Of a stretch of 64,000 bases of DNA, positions 1 through 12,516 are shown in pieces. Positions within the stretch are counted from its first letter, which is position 1. Each line of letters starts with the position of its first letter. Position numbers and translations under genes: made by a program. Source of the DNA: an uncultured Alphaproteobacteria bacterium (GTDB taxonomy: Bacteria; Pseudomonadota; Alphaproteobacteria; Acetobacterales; Acetobacteraceae); NCBI GenBank assembly GCA_963732425.1, contig CAVSZN010000017.1:18974-82973 (forward strand), written 5' to 3'. Under the pieces are notes generated by a model, which saw only the letters and a program-made list of their open reading frames with translations, did not search any database and was not told the DNA's origin.

Positions 1-74
1 ACGGCCGGGCGGAAAAGGGGCCGGCCTCGATGTCGGGTTGGCGGTGTGGCGGGCGGCAGGCGCCAAGGCAGGCG

Positions 75-236
75 TCAGACGATGGCCCAGATGGCCAGGC
101 CGATCAGGCCCCAGAGCGGCAGCGCCAGCAGGATCCCGTTGGCGAAGGCGCGGCCCGGGTTCTCGAACCGTGGCACCTCCGCGTCATGGAGCGTGGCATG
201 GAGCGGAACGGTGATGGAAACACTGGCGTCGGACAT
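75..236 (-). CDS. small membrane protein (53 aa, C-terminal TM helix)
   Basis: MSDASVSITVPL...AFANGILLALPLWGLIGLAIWAIV; GGAG RBS upstream on the minus strand. Confidence 0.6.
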   Translation of the reverse strand: MSDASVSITVPLHATLHDAEVPRFENPGRAFANGILLALPLWGLIGLAIWAIV

Positions 237-438
237 GGCTTTCTTTCTCCCGTCTCGGGTCACCCCTGGCAGCATCCTGCGATGGGAATGGTTGATGACC
301 GGTGAAGCGGGTCGCATCGATATGCCCCGCTGCCATGGCCGTGGCCGGGCCGCGGCGTGACGGGAATGCGGCAGCACGCCAATCCGCGCCGGCGGGGGTT
401 GCCGGGGGGCGGGCGCCCTGCCACACCCTCGGCCGGCC

Positions 439-1588
439 ATGACCGACGACCTGCCCAATCCCGCCCTGCTGCCCGCGGGCCTTGCCGACCTGCTGCCGCC
501 CGAGGCCGAGCGGGAGGCCGCGCTGGTTGAAGCGCATGATGGGTGTCTTCGCCGCGCATGGTTACGAACGCGTGAAGCCGCCGCTGCTCGAATTCGAGGA
601 CAGCCTGCTGGCCGGGCTCCGGCGCCGCCGTCGCCGAGCAGACCTTCCGCCTGATGGACCCGGTCAGCCAGCGCATGATGGGGCTGCGGGCGGACACCAC
701 GCCGCAGGTCGCGCGCATCGCCGCCACCCGGCTGGCGGCGCCAGGCGCGGCCGCTGCGCCTGTGCTACGCCGGCCAGGTGCTGCGGGTGCGCGGCACGCA
801 GCTCGCCCCCTCGCGCCAATTGCCGCAGGCGGGCGTCGAACTGATCGGCGGCGCCGCGCCGGCGGCGGATGCCGAGGTCGCGATCGTCGCGGTCGAGGCG
901 CTGGCCGCGGTCGGCGTCACGCATGTCAGCCTCGATGTGACGCTGCCGACGCATGGTGCCGGCGCTGATGGACGCGGCCGGCGTCGAGCCGTCGCTGCGC
1001 GCCAGCCTGGCCCGCGCGCTCGACCGCAAGGACAGCGCGGCGGTCGCCGCGCTGGTGCAGGGCCAGCCGGGCGCGCTCGCCGCGCTGCCGGGGCTGATGG
1101 CCGCGACCGGCCCGGCCGATGGCGCGCTCGCGGCGCTGGAGGCGGCCGACCTGCCGCCCGCCGCCCGCGCCATCGCCGCAGCAACGCGGCCGCAGGTGCT
1201 GGCCGCCATCCAGGCGCGCGCGCCGGCGCTGCGCATCACCCTCGACCCGGTCGAATTCCGCGGCTTCCGCTATCACACCGGGGTCGCCTTCACGCTGTAT
1301 GGGCCGGGCATGAGCGGCGAACTCGCCCGCGGCGGGCGCTATGTGTCGCAGAATGACGAGCCGGCGACGGGCATGACGCTGTATCCTGACGCCGTGCTGC
1401 GCGCGGCGCCCGCCGACCGCGCCGAAGCCGCGGCTGTTCCTGCCGCTCGGCGCCGATGGCGCGGCCGTTCCGTGCCGAGGGCTTCGCGACGGTCGCCGCA
1501 CTCGCGGCCGAGGACACCGCCGCAGCGCCTGCGCTGCACCCATGAACTGAAGGACGGCCGCCCCGTCCCGATCCTGACGAAGGACTGA
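439..1588 (+). CDS. hisZ: ATP phosphoribosyltransferase regulatory subunit (frameshifted in this sequence)
   Basis: LLPAGLADLLP, GYERVKPPLLEFEDSL, GLRADTTPQVARIA, QAGVELIG, RGFRYHTGVAF, ARGGRY across several frames; directly upstream of purA. Confidence 0.9.
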
Positions 1589-1594
1589 ACTGCC

Positions 1595-2887
<1,293 letters not shown>

Positions 2888-3168
2888 CGGCGAGGACGCG
2901 CGGGCGGAAGCCTCCCGCCGGACCCCGAGGCTGCCGTCCGGTTGCCTGGCGTGGGCATCGCCCCCTCCATGGCGCCGGTCATCCAAGCACCGCGCGGGTT
3001 CGCATGGACGGTCAGCCCGGCGTAGGGACGCGCGCCCTCGGCGCCCCGCGCCACCATCGGCCGGTCGCATGGCCGGATCGCCGGCAAGCCGCATGACTCG
3101 GCCTGTCCGGCAGGCCTTGCGGCGGGCCAAGGTTGACCTGGGCAGGCGAAGCGGCGACGTAGCGCCCG

Positions 3169-5005
3169 ATGGCCCCACCTCCCTTGCTGATCCTTCAGGA
3201 TATCCGCCACGGCTTCGGCTCCACCCGCCTGCTGGAAGGCGCGGGACTGTCCGTCGCACCCGGCGAGCGCCTCGCCCTGGTCGGGCGCAACGGCTCGGGC
3301 AAGTCCACGCTGCTCAAGGTCGCCGCCGGGCTGATCGAGGCCGGAGGGCGGCACGCGCTTCCTCCAGCCCGGCGCCACCATGCGCTACCTGGAGCAGGAG
3401 CCGGATCTCTCCGCCTTCCCCGACGTGATGGCCTATGTCGAGGCCGGGCTTGGCCCGTCCGACGATCCGTATCGCGCGCGCTACCTGCTGGAACAACTCG
3501 GCATGACCGGCGAGGAGAAGCCCGCCGCGCTGTCGGGCGGCGAGACGCGCCGCGCCGCGCTGGCGCGCGCGCTGGCGCCCGAGCCCGACATCCTGCTGCT
3601 GGACGAGCCGACCAACCATCTCGACCTGCCGGCGATCGAATGGCTGGAATCGGAACTCGCCTCGCTGAATTGCGCGCTGGTGCTGATCAGCCACGACCGG
3701 CGCTTCCTCGAACGGCTGTCGCGCGCGATGGTGTGGCTCGACCGCGGCACGACGCGGCGGCTGGAACAGGGCTTCGAGCATTTCGAGACCTGGCGCGACC
3801 AGGTGCTGGAGGAGGAGGAGCGCGACGCCCACAAGCTCGCCCGCAAGATCGTGCGGGAGGAGCATTGGCTGCGCTATGGCGTGACCGCGCGGCGCAAGCG
3901 CAACGTGCGCCGGCTGGAGAACCTGCACACGCTGCGCGCCAAGCACCGCGAACGCGGTCGGCGCGCAGGGCCGCGTGAGCATGGCGGCGTCCGAGGCGGC
4001 CGGGTCCGGCAACCTCGTCGTCGCGGCCGATACGCATCTCCAAATCCTATGGCGAGCGCGCGATCGTGCGCGAGGTGACGACGCGCATCATGCGCGGCGA
4101 CCGCGTCGGCATCGTCGGGCCGAATGGCGCGGGCAAGACGACGCTGCTCAACATGCTGATCGGCGTGCTGGCGCCCGACAGCGGCAAGGTGAAGCTCGGC
4201 ACGGCGATCGAGATGGTCGGCGCTCGACCAGAAGCGCGACGAGCCTCGACCCGTCGAGTCACGCTGTCCGCGGCGCTGACCGAGGGGCGTGGCGACCAGG
4301 TGCATGTCGAACGGCCAGCCGCGCCATGTGATCGGCTACATGAAGGACTTCCTGTTCACGCCCGAACAGGCGCGCACGCCGCTCTCGGCGCTGTCGGGCG
4401 GCGAGCGCGGGCGGCTGATGCTGGCGCGCGCCTTCGCCAAGCCGTCCAACCTGCTGGTGCTGGACGAACCGACCAACGACCTCGACCTCGAGACGCTCGA
4501 CCTGCTGCAGGAACTGGTCGCCGAATATGCCGGCACGGTGATTCTCGTCAGCCATGACCGCGACTTCCTCGACCGCACCGTGACCAGCGTGATCGCCTGG
4601 GAAGGCGAGGGGCGCTGGCAGGAATATGCCGGCGGCTATTCCGACATGGTGGCGCAGCGCGGCCACGGCGTGCGGGCGCGCTCGGGTGAGCCGGCGCGCG
4701 CCGAGGCCCGCGCGGCGGCGAAGGCCGAGACCGGACCGCGCGAAGCCGCGCCGATGCGCCCGCGCGTGCGGATGAACGCGAAGGAACAGCACGAGCTCAA
4801 GACCCTGCCGCGCGAGATGGAGAAGCTGTCGGCCGAGATCGCCAGGCTCAGCGCGCAGGTCGCCGACCCGGCGTTCTACACGCGCGATCCGGTGGGCTTC
4901 CGCCAGGCGACGGAGGCGCTGGGCAAGGCGCAGGCGGCGCTCGTCGCCGCCGAGGAGCGTTGGCTGGAGCTGGAGATGCTGCGCGAGGAAGCCGCGGCGG
5001 GATAG
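3169..5005 (+). CDS. uup: ABC-F family ATP-binding protein, Uup-like (frameshifted)
   Basis: Two ABC domains: GRNGSGKST...LSGGE...[11 protein letters not shown] and GPNGAGKTT...LSGGERGRL...LDEPTNDLD; C-terminal coiled coil ending EERWLELE. Confidence 0.88.
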
Positions 5006-5304
5006 CGGGCCGGAACACATTTTCGGCAACAGCCCGCGCGCACGGCGCGTGGCCGGCGGTGCCGGTCGCATCGTGCCGGCCGCGGGCTCAAGGCAATCCG
5101 GGCGATAATGCCGGCTTTCGGCGCGGCACGGTGCGTTGGCTGGGCGAAGTCATGCTCAGATCGCAATGAAACATGAAGAAGAAATCATTCGACGCTGCCG
5201 TAGGGGTCGCGGTTTATGCCGGCGGTTCAACAGGGGTTCACAACAATGCGCTTGCTATTCGGGACAGAATTGCGGTCGCACGCTAGCCGCCTGGGGCGGC
5301 GGTC

Positions 5305-6888
5305 ATGAGCGGCACCTGGACCCCCTCCGGTGGGCCGACCGCCGGCAATGACAGCTTCACCGCGGCATCCACCGGCAGCATCGCTGACGGCCTGGGCGGC
5401 AACGACACGCTGGTCGGCGGGGCCGGCTCCGACATCCTTTCCGGCAGCGACGGTGACGACAGCATCATCGGCGGCATTAGCGCCGATCTTCTCTCGGGCG
5501 GTGCCGGCGCCGATGTGATCAGCGGCGGCTCCGGCAACGACACCATCGAGGGAGGGCCGGGCGCGGATCTGCTGTTCGGCGGCACCAACAGCGACCTCGT
5601 CAGCTACGCCTCCGACACCTCGGGCGTCACGGTGGATCTCGATGGCAACGGCAATTTCACCGTCAGCGGGGGGGATGCGGCCGGCGATACGCTGAACAGC
5701 TTCGAGCATGTGATGGGCGGCGGCGGCGCCGATGTGCTGACGGGCACCACCGGCGCCAACAGCATCTTCGGCGAGGGCGGCAACGACACGCTGCGCGGCG
5801 ATGACGGTGCGGACACGCTGTTGGGCGGCGCGGGCCAGGATTCGATCCTGGGCGAGGTCGGGGCCGATTGGCTGGATGGCGGGGACGATGGCGACACGCT
5901 GTTGGGCGGCGCCGGCGCCGATACGCTGCTGGGCGGCGCGGGGCAGGACTCGCTGCTGGGCGAAGCCGCGTCCGACCTCCTGGACGGCGGCGATGGCAAC
6001 GACACGCTGAATGGCGGTGCCAGCCCGGACACCTTGCTCGGCGGAGACGGCGCCGACCTGCTCGACGGCGGCGGCTCCGAGGCGGACCTGCTCGACTTCG
6101 GCGCCGGCAATGACAGTTTCACCTACGTCGACGGCATGGGGCCCGACACGCTGGATGGCGGCAGCGGGGCGGACCGCCTGGTGCTGCCCAACCTGTCCGC
6201 CTGGACGGTCGGCTCGGGCGCTGACGGCTTCACCACCTATACCCTGGCCGGGACGACGCTCCAGGTCCGCAACTGGGAACAGGTGGTCTGCTTCGCGCAG
6301 GGCACGCGCATCATGACCGCGCGCGGCGAGGTGCCGGTCGAACGGCTGCGCGCCGGCGCGCTGGTGTTGGCGGCCGATGGCACGCCGTCATTCAGGCCGA
6401 TCCGATGGGTCGGCCATCGGATGGTGGATGTCGGGCTCCATCGCCAGCCGGAGCGGGTGGCGCCGGTGCTGGTGAAGGCGGGCGCGCTGGGTGCCGGCGT
6501 GCCGGCCCGGGACCTGCGCGTAAGCCCCGACCATGCCCTGTTCCTCGATGGCCACCTGGTGCCGGCGCGGCTGCTGGTGAACGGGGCCAGCATCCTGCAG
6601 CAGAACTGGTGCCGGTCGATCACCTACTGGCACGTCGAGTTGGAGGTGCACGGCCTGCTCATCGCCGAGGGCGCCCCGGTCGAAAGCTACCGTGAGGACG
6701 GCAACCGCCACCTGTTCGACAATGCGGCCGTCGCCGCGCCGTTCCTCGACCTGGCCACCGGGTCCAGGGCCCCGGCCTGCGCGCCGATGCTGGAGGAAGG
6801 GCCGGGCCTGGCGCGGATCCGGGCGCGAATAGCCGGGCGGGTCAGCGCGCTTCCGCCAGCAGCGCGGTCAGGTCCAGCCGCCGCGTGA
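5305..6888 (+). CDS. RTX (GGxGxD Ca-binding repeat) protein with C-terminal Hint domain
   Basis: Many GGAGADTLLGG-type nonapeptides, then VVCFAQGTRIMTARGEVPVERL...LRVSPDHALF...YWHVELEVHGLLIAEGAPVESY (Hint_2-type). Confidence 0.9.
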   Translation: MSGTWTPSGGPTAGNDSFTAASTGSIADGLGGNDTLVGGAGSDILSGSDGDDSIIGGISADLLSGGAGADVISGGSGNDTIEGGPGADLLFGGTNSDLVSYASDTSGVTVDLDGNGNFTVSGGDAAGDTLNSFEHVMGGGGADVLTGTTGANSIFGEGGNDTLRGDDGADTLLGGAGQDSILGEVGADWLDGGDDGDTLLGGAGADTLLGGAGQDSLLGEAASDLLDGGDGNDTLNGGASPDTLLGGDGADLLDGGGSEADLLDFGAGNDSFTYVDGMGPDTLDGGSGADRLVLPNLSAWTVGSGADGFTTYTLAGTTLQVRNWEQVVCFAQGTRIMTARGEVPVERLRAGALVLAADGTPSFRPIRWVGHRMVDVGLHRQPERVAPVLVKAGALGAGVPARDLRVSPDHALFLDGHLVPARLLVNGASILQQNWCRSITYWHVELEVHGLLIAEGAPVESYREDGNRHLFDNAAVAAPFLDLATGSRAPACAPMLEEGPGLARIRARIAGRVSALPPAARSGPAAA

Positions 6889-7354
6889 CCATCGCCAGCC
6901 GGCCGGCCGCATCGCGCGGCCAGTCGGCCTCCGCCCGGTCGCGATACAGTTCCACGCCATTGCCGTCCGGGTCGCGCAGGTACAGCGCCTCGGATACCCC
7001 GTGGTCGGACGCGCCTTCCAATGGCCAGCCGGCCTCCGTCAGCCGCAGCAGCGCCTGAGCGAGCGCCTGGCGGTGCGGGTAGAGCAGCGCGACATGGAAC
7101 AGCCCCGTCGTGCCCGGCGGCGGCCAGGCGCCGTCCTTGCTCTCCCAGGTGTTGAGCGCGATGTGGTGATGATAGCCGCCGGCGGAGAGGAACACCGCCT
7201 GGTCGCCATAGGTCTGCTGGACGTCCAGCCCGATCACGTCGCGCCAGAAGCCGAGGGCGCGATCGAGGTTCGCCACCTTCAGATGGACATGGCCGATGCG
7301 CGTGCCCGGATGGATGGCGGGGCGGGTGTCGGTGCGGGGCAGAGTGTCGGGCAT
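6842..7354 (-). CDS. VOC family protein (catechol 2,3-dioxygenase-like)
   Basis: IGHVHLKVANL, AGGYHHHIALNTW, GLFHVALLYP, GASDHGVSEALYLRDPDGNGVELY. Confidence 0.9.
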   Translation of the reverse strand: MPDTLPRTDTRPAIHPGTRIGHVHLKVANLDRALGFWRDVIGLDVQQTYGDQAVFLSAGGYHHHIALNTWESKDGAWPPPGTTGLFHVALLYPHRQALAQALLRLTEAGWPLEGASDHGVSEALYLRDPDGNGVELYRDRAEADWPRDAAGRLAMVTRRLDLTALLAEAR

Positions 7355-7559
7355 GCTGGGTACTCCTTCGTCTGCCGTTCCAGATGCGCCTGGCGCGGCG
7401 ACGGCGCCAATGGGTTTGCGGGATCATCGCCATCGGGCTGGCCTATGACGGCACCCTGCGGGACCGACGCCGCAGCACATCGGGCGATGGCGTCACCGTA
7501 CCGCGCGCCCGGCCGACGGTCCTCTTGCCGCGCCGCCCGCGAGGGGGGATGAGACGCCC

Positions 7560-9185
7560 ATGCGGACCTTCGAATCGGATGTTCTGGTGCTGGGCTCCGG
7601 CTCGGCGGGGCTGGTGGCGGCGCTGACGGCGGCCGCGCAGGGCCTGCGCGTCACGGTGCTGGAGAAGACCGACCGCCTCGGCGGCACCACCGCCATGTCG
7701 GGGGCGGGAACCTGGATCCCGGCCAACCACCTCGCCGCCGAAGCGGGCATCGAGGACAGCGTCGAGGAGGCGCTGGCCTATATCCGTGCGGCCGCCCCCG
7801 ATGGCTGGGCCGAGACCGAGGCACCGCTGTGGGACGCCTTCGTGCGCGCGGCACCCGAGATGCTGCGCTTCATCGAGGCCAGGACGCCGCTGCGCTTCGC
7901 CCTCACGCCGGAGCCCGACCCGCTGCGGACGCTGCCGGGGGCGAAGATGCGGGGGCGGATGATGTCACCCCGCGCGCTCAGCCGGTGGCGGGCGGGGCGC
8001 TTCGCCTTCCGCATCCGCCGCTCCACCATTCCCGAGATCTTCACCTATCACGAGGCGGTGACCACCGACATCTACCACAAGCCCTACCGCACGGCGCTGT
8101 CGCTGTGGCCGCGGCTGCTGTGGCGGTTGCTGACGAACAGCCGCGGCAAGGGCACGGCGCTGGTCACCGGCTTGCTGCGCGGCTGCCTCGATGCCGGGGT
8201 GCGGATCGAATTATCCGCCCGCGCGGTGGAACTGACGCAGGATGCGACCGGCGCCGTCACCGGCGCGGTGGTCGAGCGTGGCGGCGCGCGGGAAACCTGG
8301 ACCGCCCGCGCCGGGGTGGTGATCGCGACCGGCGGCTTCGAGTGGGATGCCGGGCTGCTCGCGAGGCATTTCCCCGGGCCGGTCGATTACCTCGGCAGCC
8401 CGACCGCCCATGAAGGCGACGGCCAGCGCATGGCCGAGGCCGCCGGCGCCGAACTCGCCCGGATGGACCAGGCGACGATCGCGCCCTCGATCCCGGTGCG
8501 CTACCAGGGCCGCATCCTCGCCCAGCCGGTGCCCTTCCACACCGAGACCAACGCCATGCTGGTCAACCGGCATGGCGAACGCTTCATGAACGAGTTGACC
8601 TTCAACATCGGCGAGGTGCTCGACCGCCGCGACCCGGCGACCGGTGAACCCATCCACCTGCCGGCCTGGGTGATCACCGATGCGCGGATGCTCGACCAGG
8701 TGCCACCCGTGCGCTGGGCGGCCAAGGCCGACCGGGGATGGATGCGCCAGGCGCCGGACATCGCCACCCTGGCCGGGCTGATCGGCGTGCCGCCGGCGGT
8801 GCTGGGCGCCAGCGTGGCCCGCTTCAACGCCTTCGCGGCAGCCGGCCGGGATGAGGATTTCGGCCGCCCGGCGCGCCCGGACCCCGCCGCGGCCGGGGAC
8901 AAGCGGCGCCGGGCCGGGATCGATCCGATCATCCAGGCGCCGTTCCTGGCGATGCCGCTGAGCCGGTCGATCCTCGGCACCAAGGGTGGCGCCCGGACCA
9001 ATGAGCACGCCGAGGTGCTGCGGCCGGATGGCAGCGTCATCCCCGGGCTGTTCGCGGCGGGCATCGCCATGGCGAACCCGATCGGGTCGCGCAATGTCGG
9101 CACCGGGACGACGATCGGGCCGAACATGGCGTGGGGTTACATCGTCGGGAAGCGGCTCGCGCGGCGCAACGCCCCGGCGGGTTGA
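7560..9185 (+). CDS. FAD-dependent oxidoreductase (FAD_binding_2, 3-ketosteroid dehydrogenase-like)
   Basis: DVLVLGSGSAG, LGGTTAMSGAGTWIPAN, VVIATGGFE, GTKGG...VIPGLFAAG, GTTIGP. Confidence 0.85.
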   Translation: MRTFESDVLVLGSGSAGLVAALTAAAQGLRVTVLEKTDRLGGTTAMSGAGTWIPANHLAAEAGIEDSVEEALAYIRAAAPDGWAETEAPLWDAFVRAAPEMLRFIEARTPLRFALTPEPDPLRTLPGAKMRGRMMSPRALSRWRAGRFAFRIRRSTIPEIFTYHEAVTTDIYHKPYRTALSLWPRLLWRLLTNSRGKGTALVTGLLRGCLDAGVRIELSARAVELTQDATGAVTGAVVERGGARETWTARAGVVIATGGFEWDAGLLARHFPGPVDYLGSPTAHEGDGQRMAEAAGAELARMDQATIAPSIPVRYQGRILAQPVPFHTETNAMLVNRHGERFMNELTFNIGEVLDRRDPATGEPIHLPAWVITDARMLDQVPPVRWAAKADRGWMRQAPDIATLAGLIGVPPAVLGASVARFNAFAAAGRDEDFGRPARPDPAAAGDKRRRAGIDPIIQAPFLAMPLSRSILGTKGGARTNEHAEVLRPDGSVIPGLFAAGIAMANPIGSRNVGTGTTIGPNMAWGYIVGKRLARRNAPAG

Positions 9186-9408
9186 CGGCGCACCGCGCGG
9201 GGCCAGGGGAGGCCGCGCCGGCGCGGCAATGACCAGGATGCGGATCGAGGCCGGGCGTCCAAGCGGGGGCGGTGGCGCGACCTGCCCGTAGCCCCGGCCC
9301 TGTGCGGCATGTCGTGGCCGGTTACAGCCAGGATGGCGGGGTTGGCCGCCGCCCCCGCCTGATGGCCACGGACTTCAGGCAGGGGACGCCGATGACGCCC
9401 CCCGCCGA

Positions 9409-10254
9409 TCAATGCGACATCAGCACCGGCACCGTCATCTGCTTCAGCAGCGTGCGCGTCACGCCGCCCAGGGCGAATTCGCGCAGCCGCGAATGGCCAT
9501 AGGCGCCGACCACGATGAGATCCGCCGAGATGTCGGTGGCGTGGTTCAGCAGCAGGTCGGCGTCGGACACATCGGGGGCGACGCGGTGCTCGACCGTCAC
9601 CTTCGCACCGTGCCGGGCGAGGTGGACGGCGATATCCGCCCCCGGTTCCTCGCCATGCCCGTCCATGCCGCCGCGCGGATTGGCCGACAGCACGCTGGCC
9701 GTCTCGGCCCGGGCGATGATCGGCAGCGCGTCGTTGACGGCGCGGGCGGCTTCCCGGCTGGCGTTCCAGCCGATCAGGACACGCCGCCCCACGGCGGGGA
9801 AGTGGCCGGCATAGGGCACCACCAGCACCGGCCGCCCGGCGCCGAACAGGACGTCGCCCGGCAGCCCCGCGGTGCCGACGGACGATGCGTCCGGATCGTC
9901 CTGCCCGACGATCACGAGGTCGGCGTAGCGCGCGTTCTGGATCACGAGCTCACCCACCATGCCTTCGACCTGGCGCCATTCGCCCTGCATCGACTCGCGA
10001 CGCATGCGTTCGCGGAAGGCGGCCTCGATGCGGCCGGACTCGGCGAGGGCGGTATCGCGCATCTGGTCGATCAGGCCGGCGAGTGCCGCGCCGCCGCCGC
10101 CATCGGCCATGCCGATCAGGGGCATGCCGATATCGACAACGTGAAGCGCGGTCAGATGCGCCTCATGCCGGCGCGCGAGGTCGATGGCGAGGTCGAGCCG
10201 TCCAGCCGATTGGGACGAGGCATCGAGATGAACGAGAATATCCTTGAGTGGCAT
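9409..10254 (-). CDS. universal stress protein (tandem USP domains)
   Basis: MPLKDILVHLD, ARYADLVIVGQ, GRPVLVVP, WNASREAARA, DLIVVGAYGHSRLREFALGGVTR...VPVLMSH. Confidence 0.92.
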   Translation of the reverse strand: MPLKDILVHLDASSQSAGRLDLAIDLARRHEAHLTALHVVDIGMPLIGMADGGGGAALAGLIDQMRDTALAESGRIEAAFRERMRRESMQGEWRQVEGMVGELVIQNARYADLVIVGQDDPDASSVGTAGLPGDVLFGAGRPVLVVPYAGHFPAVGRRVLIGWNASREAARAVNDALPIIARAETASVLSANPRGGMDGHGEEPGADIAVHLARHGAKVTVEHRVAPDVSDADLLLNHATDISADLIVVGAYGHSRLREFALGGVTRTLLKQMTVPVLMSH

Positions 10255-10408
10255 CGCGATGTCTCCCCCGCGCGGCTGGCGTTGGCCCCGCCCGGCCGGC
10301 AGGGGATGCCTGCCGACCGTCGCGGGTCCTGTTTGCCGAGGCAGAGTGAGCCTGTTCGGGTTTGTGGAAAAGTCCTGCCTTGCCAAAGGGGTTGGCGCGC
10401 GGAATCAT

Positions 10409-10423
10409 GAACGAAACGGGAAC
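10409..10423. promoter_or_regulatory. putative alphaproteobacterial LexA (SOS) box
   Basis: GAAC-gaaacgg-GAAC is an exact GAAC-N7-GAAC in the usp/nrdA intergenic region. Confidence 0.55.
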
Positions 10424-10472
10424 ATGTTTCGGGCTGTGACAAACGGGCAACTCTTGGCAAGAGGCATGTTTG

Positions 10473-10520
10473 CCACCCGATGTGGTAGCCAGATGACTGT
10501 GGCAAGACTACATCTTGTGT
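10473..10520. promoter_or_regulatory. tandem NrdR boxes upstream of nrdA
   Basis: ccacccgatgtggtag (10473-10488, weaker) and agactacatcttgtgt (10505-10520) resemble acaCwAtATaTwGtgt; their starts are 32 bp apart. Confidence 0.7.
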
Positions 10521-10581
10521 GGATAGGCCCCGGGGCGGCAGGATGCATGCCCAGGGGATGAGTTTGGTTGGGGGGTCTGAC

Positions 10582-12454
10582 GTGTTCGACGCAGTACAGC
10601 TTGAGGGCCATGGCCAGGTCAGGACCGATCCGTCGCGCGACGCGCTGCTGACCGATTTCGGCAAGGCCACGCTCGACGACCGCTACCTGCTGCCGGGGGA
10701 GACCTACCAGGATCTCTTCGCGCGGGTGGCATCGGCCTATGGCGATGACGCGGCGCATGCGCAGCGCATCTACGACTACATCAGCCAGCTGTGGTTCATG
10801 CCGGCGACGCCTGTGCTGTCGAACGGCGGCACGACGCGCGGGCTGCCGATCTCCTGCTTCCTGAACGAAGCCTCCGACAGCCTCGATGGCATCGTCGGGC
10901 TGTGGAACGAGAATGTCTGGCTGGCCGCGAAGGGCGGCGGCATCGGCTCCTATTGGGGCAACCTTCGCGGCATCGGCGAGAAGGTCGGCCGCAACGGCAA
11001 GACCTCGGGCGTCATCCCCTTCATCCGGGTGATGGACAGCCTGACGCTGGCGATCAGCCAGGGCTCGCTGCGCCGCGGCTCGGCCGCCTGCTACCTGCCG
11101 GTGAACCATCCCGGAGATCGAGGAATTCCTCGAAATGCGCCGCCCGACCGGCGGCGACCCGAACCGCAAGGCGCTCAACCTGCATCACGGCATCCTGATC
11201 CCGGACGCCTTCATGCGCGCGGTGGAGAACGACGAGGAATGGGCGCTGGTCTCGCCCAAGGACGGCGCCGTGATGCGCAAGGTCTCGGCGCGCTCGCTGT
11301 GGATCCGCATCCTGACGGCCCGCATCGAGACCGGCGAGCCCTACCTGATCTATTCCGACCACGTGAACATCGCGCGCAGCCCGAGCATCACAAGCTGGCC
11401 GGGCTTGAGGTGAAGACCTCGAACCTGTGCTCGCGAGATCACCCTGCCGACCGGGCTCGACCAGCATGGCGAAGCAGCGCACCGCGGTGTGCTGCCTGTC
11501 CTCGCTGAACTGCGAGACCTGGTTCGAGTGGAAGGATGATCCGCTGTTCATCGACGGACGTGATGCGCTTCCTCGACAACGTGCTGCAGTCCTTCATCGA
11601 CACCGCGCCCGATTCGATGGCGCGGGCGAAGTACAGCGCGATGCGCGAACGCTCCGTCGGCCTCGGCGTGATGGGCTTCCACTCCTTCCTGCAGATGATG
11701 AACGTGCCGTTCGAATCGGTCGTCGCGAAGGTGTGGAACAAGAAGATGTTCAAGCACGTCCGCGAACAGGCGGACGCGGCCTCGCGCCTGCTGGCGGAGG
11801 AACGCGGCGCCGTGCCCCGACGCCGCCGAATACGGCATCATGGAGCGCTTCTCCCACAAGATGGCGATCGCGCCGACGGCGTCGATCTCCATCATCTGCG
11901 GCGGTGCGTCGCCCCGGCATCGAGCCGATCGCGGCCAACGTCTACAACCACAAGACGCTCTCCGGCTCCTTCATCGTGCGCAACCCGTATCTGCAGAAGC
12001 TGCTCGCGCAAGCACGGCCGCGACGATGAGGAAACCTGGACCTCGGTCACCGTCGACCAAGGGCTCGGTGCAGCATCTCGACTTCCTGTCCGAACAGGAG
12101 AAGGCGATCTTCAAGACCGCCTTCGAACTCGACCAGCGCTGGGTGGTCGAACACGCGGCCGACCGCACGCCGTTCATCTGCCAGTCGCAGTCGGTGAACC
12201 TGTTCCTGCCGGCCAACGTGCACAAGCGCGACCTGCACCAGATCCACATGACGGCGTGGAAGAAGGGCGTGAAGTCGCTGTATTACTGCCGCTCGCTGTC
12301 GATCCAGCGCGCCGACACGATCAGCGAGAAGGTGGTCGGGCAGGGCGACATCATGGCCGCGCATGTGCCGACCGAGCGCGAAGTGCGGCTGCCGATGGCG
12401 GCGGCGGCGCCGGTCAGCTCCAACAACTACGAGGAATGCCTGGCCTGTCAGTGA
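10582..12454 (+). CDS. nrdA: class I ribonucleoside-diphosphate reductase alpha subunit, no ATP cone (frameshifted)
   Basis: ATPVLSNGG, PISCFLN, GGGIG, KTSNLCSEI, VCCLSSLN, SVGLGVMG, AIAPTAS, CQSQSVNLF, KSLYYCRS, C-terminal ECLACQ; GTG start inferred. Confidence 0.95.
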
Positions 12455-12455
12455 C

Positions 12456-12516
12456 GGTTGGAGGGGCTCTGCCCCTCCAAACCACCCCGCCAAAGGCCTA
12501 AGGGCCTCTGGACACC
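12456..12516 (+). repeat. REP-like double-hairpin element, copy 1
   Basis: ggttggaggggctctgcccctccaaaccaccccgccaaaggcctaagggcctctggacacc; near-identical inverted copy at 49818-49878, diverged inverted copy at 12957-13016. Confidence 0.75.

Noticed and set aside
5780-6080. DNA direct repeats in the RTX gene
   Set aside because: Fully explained by the GGxGxD coding repeats.
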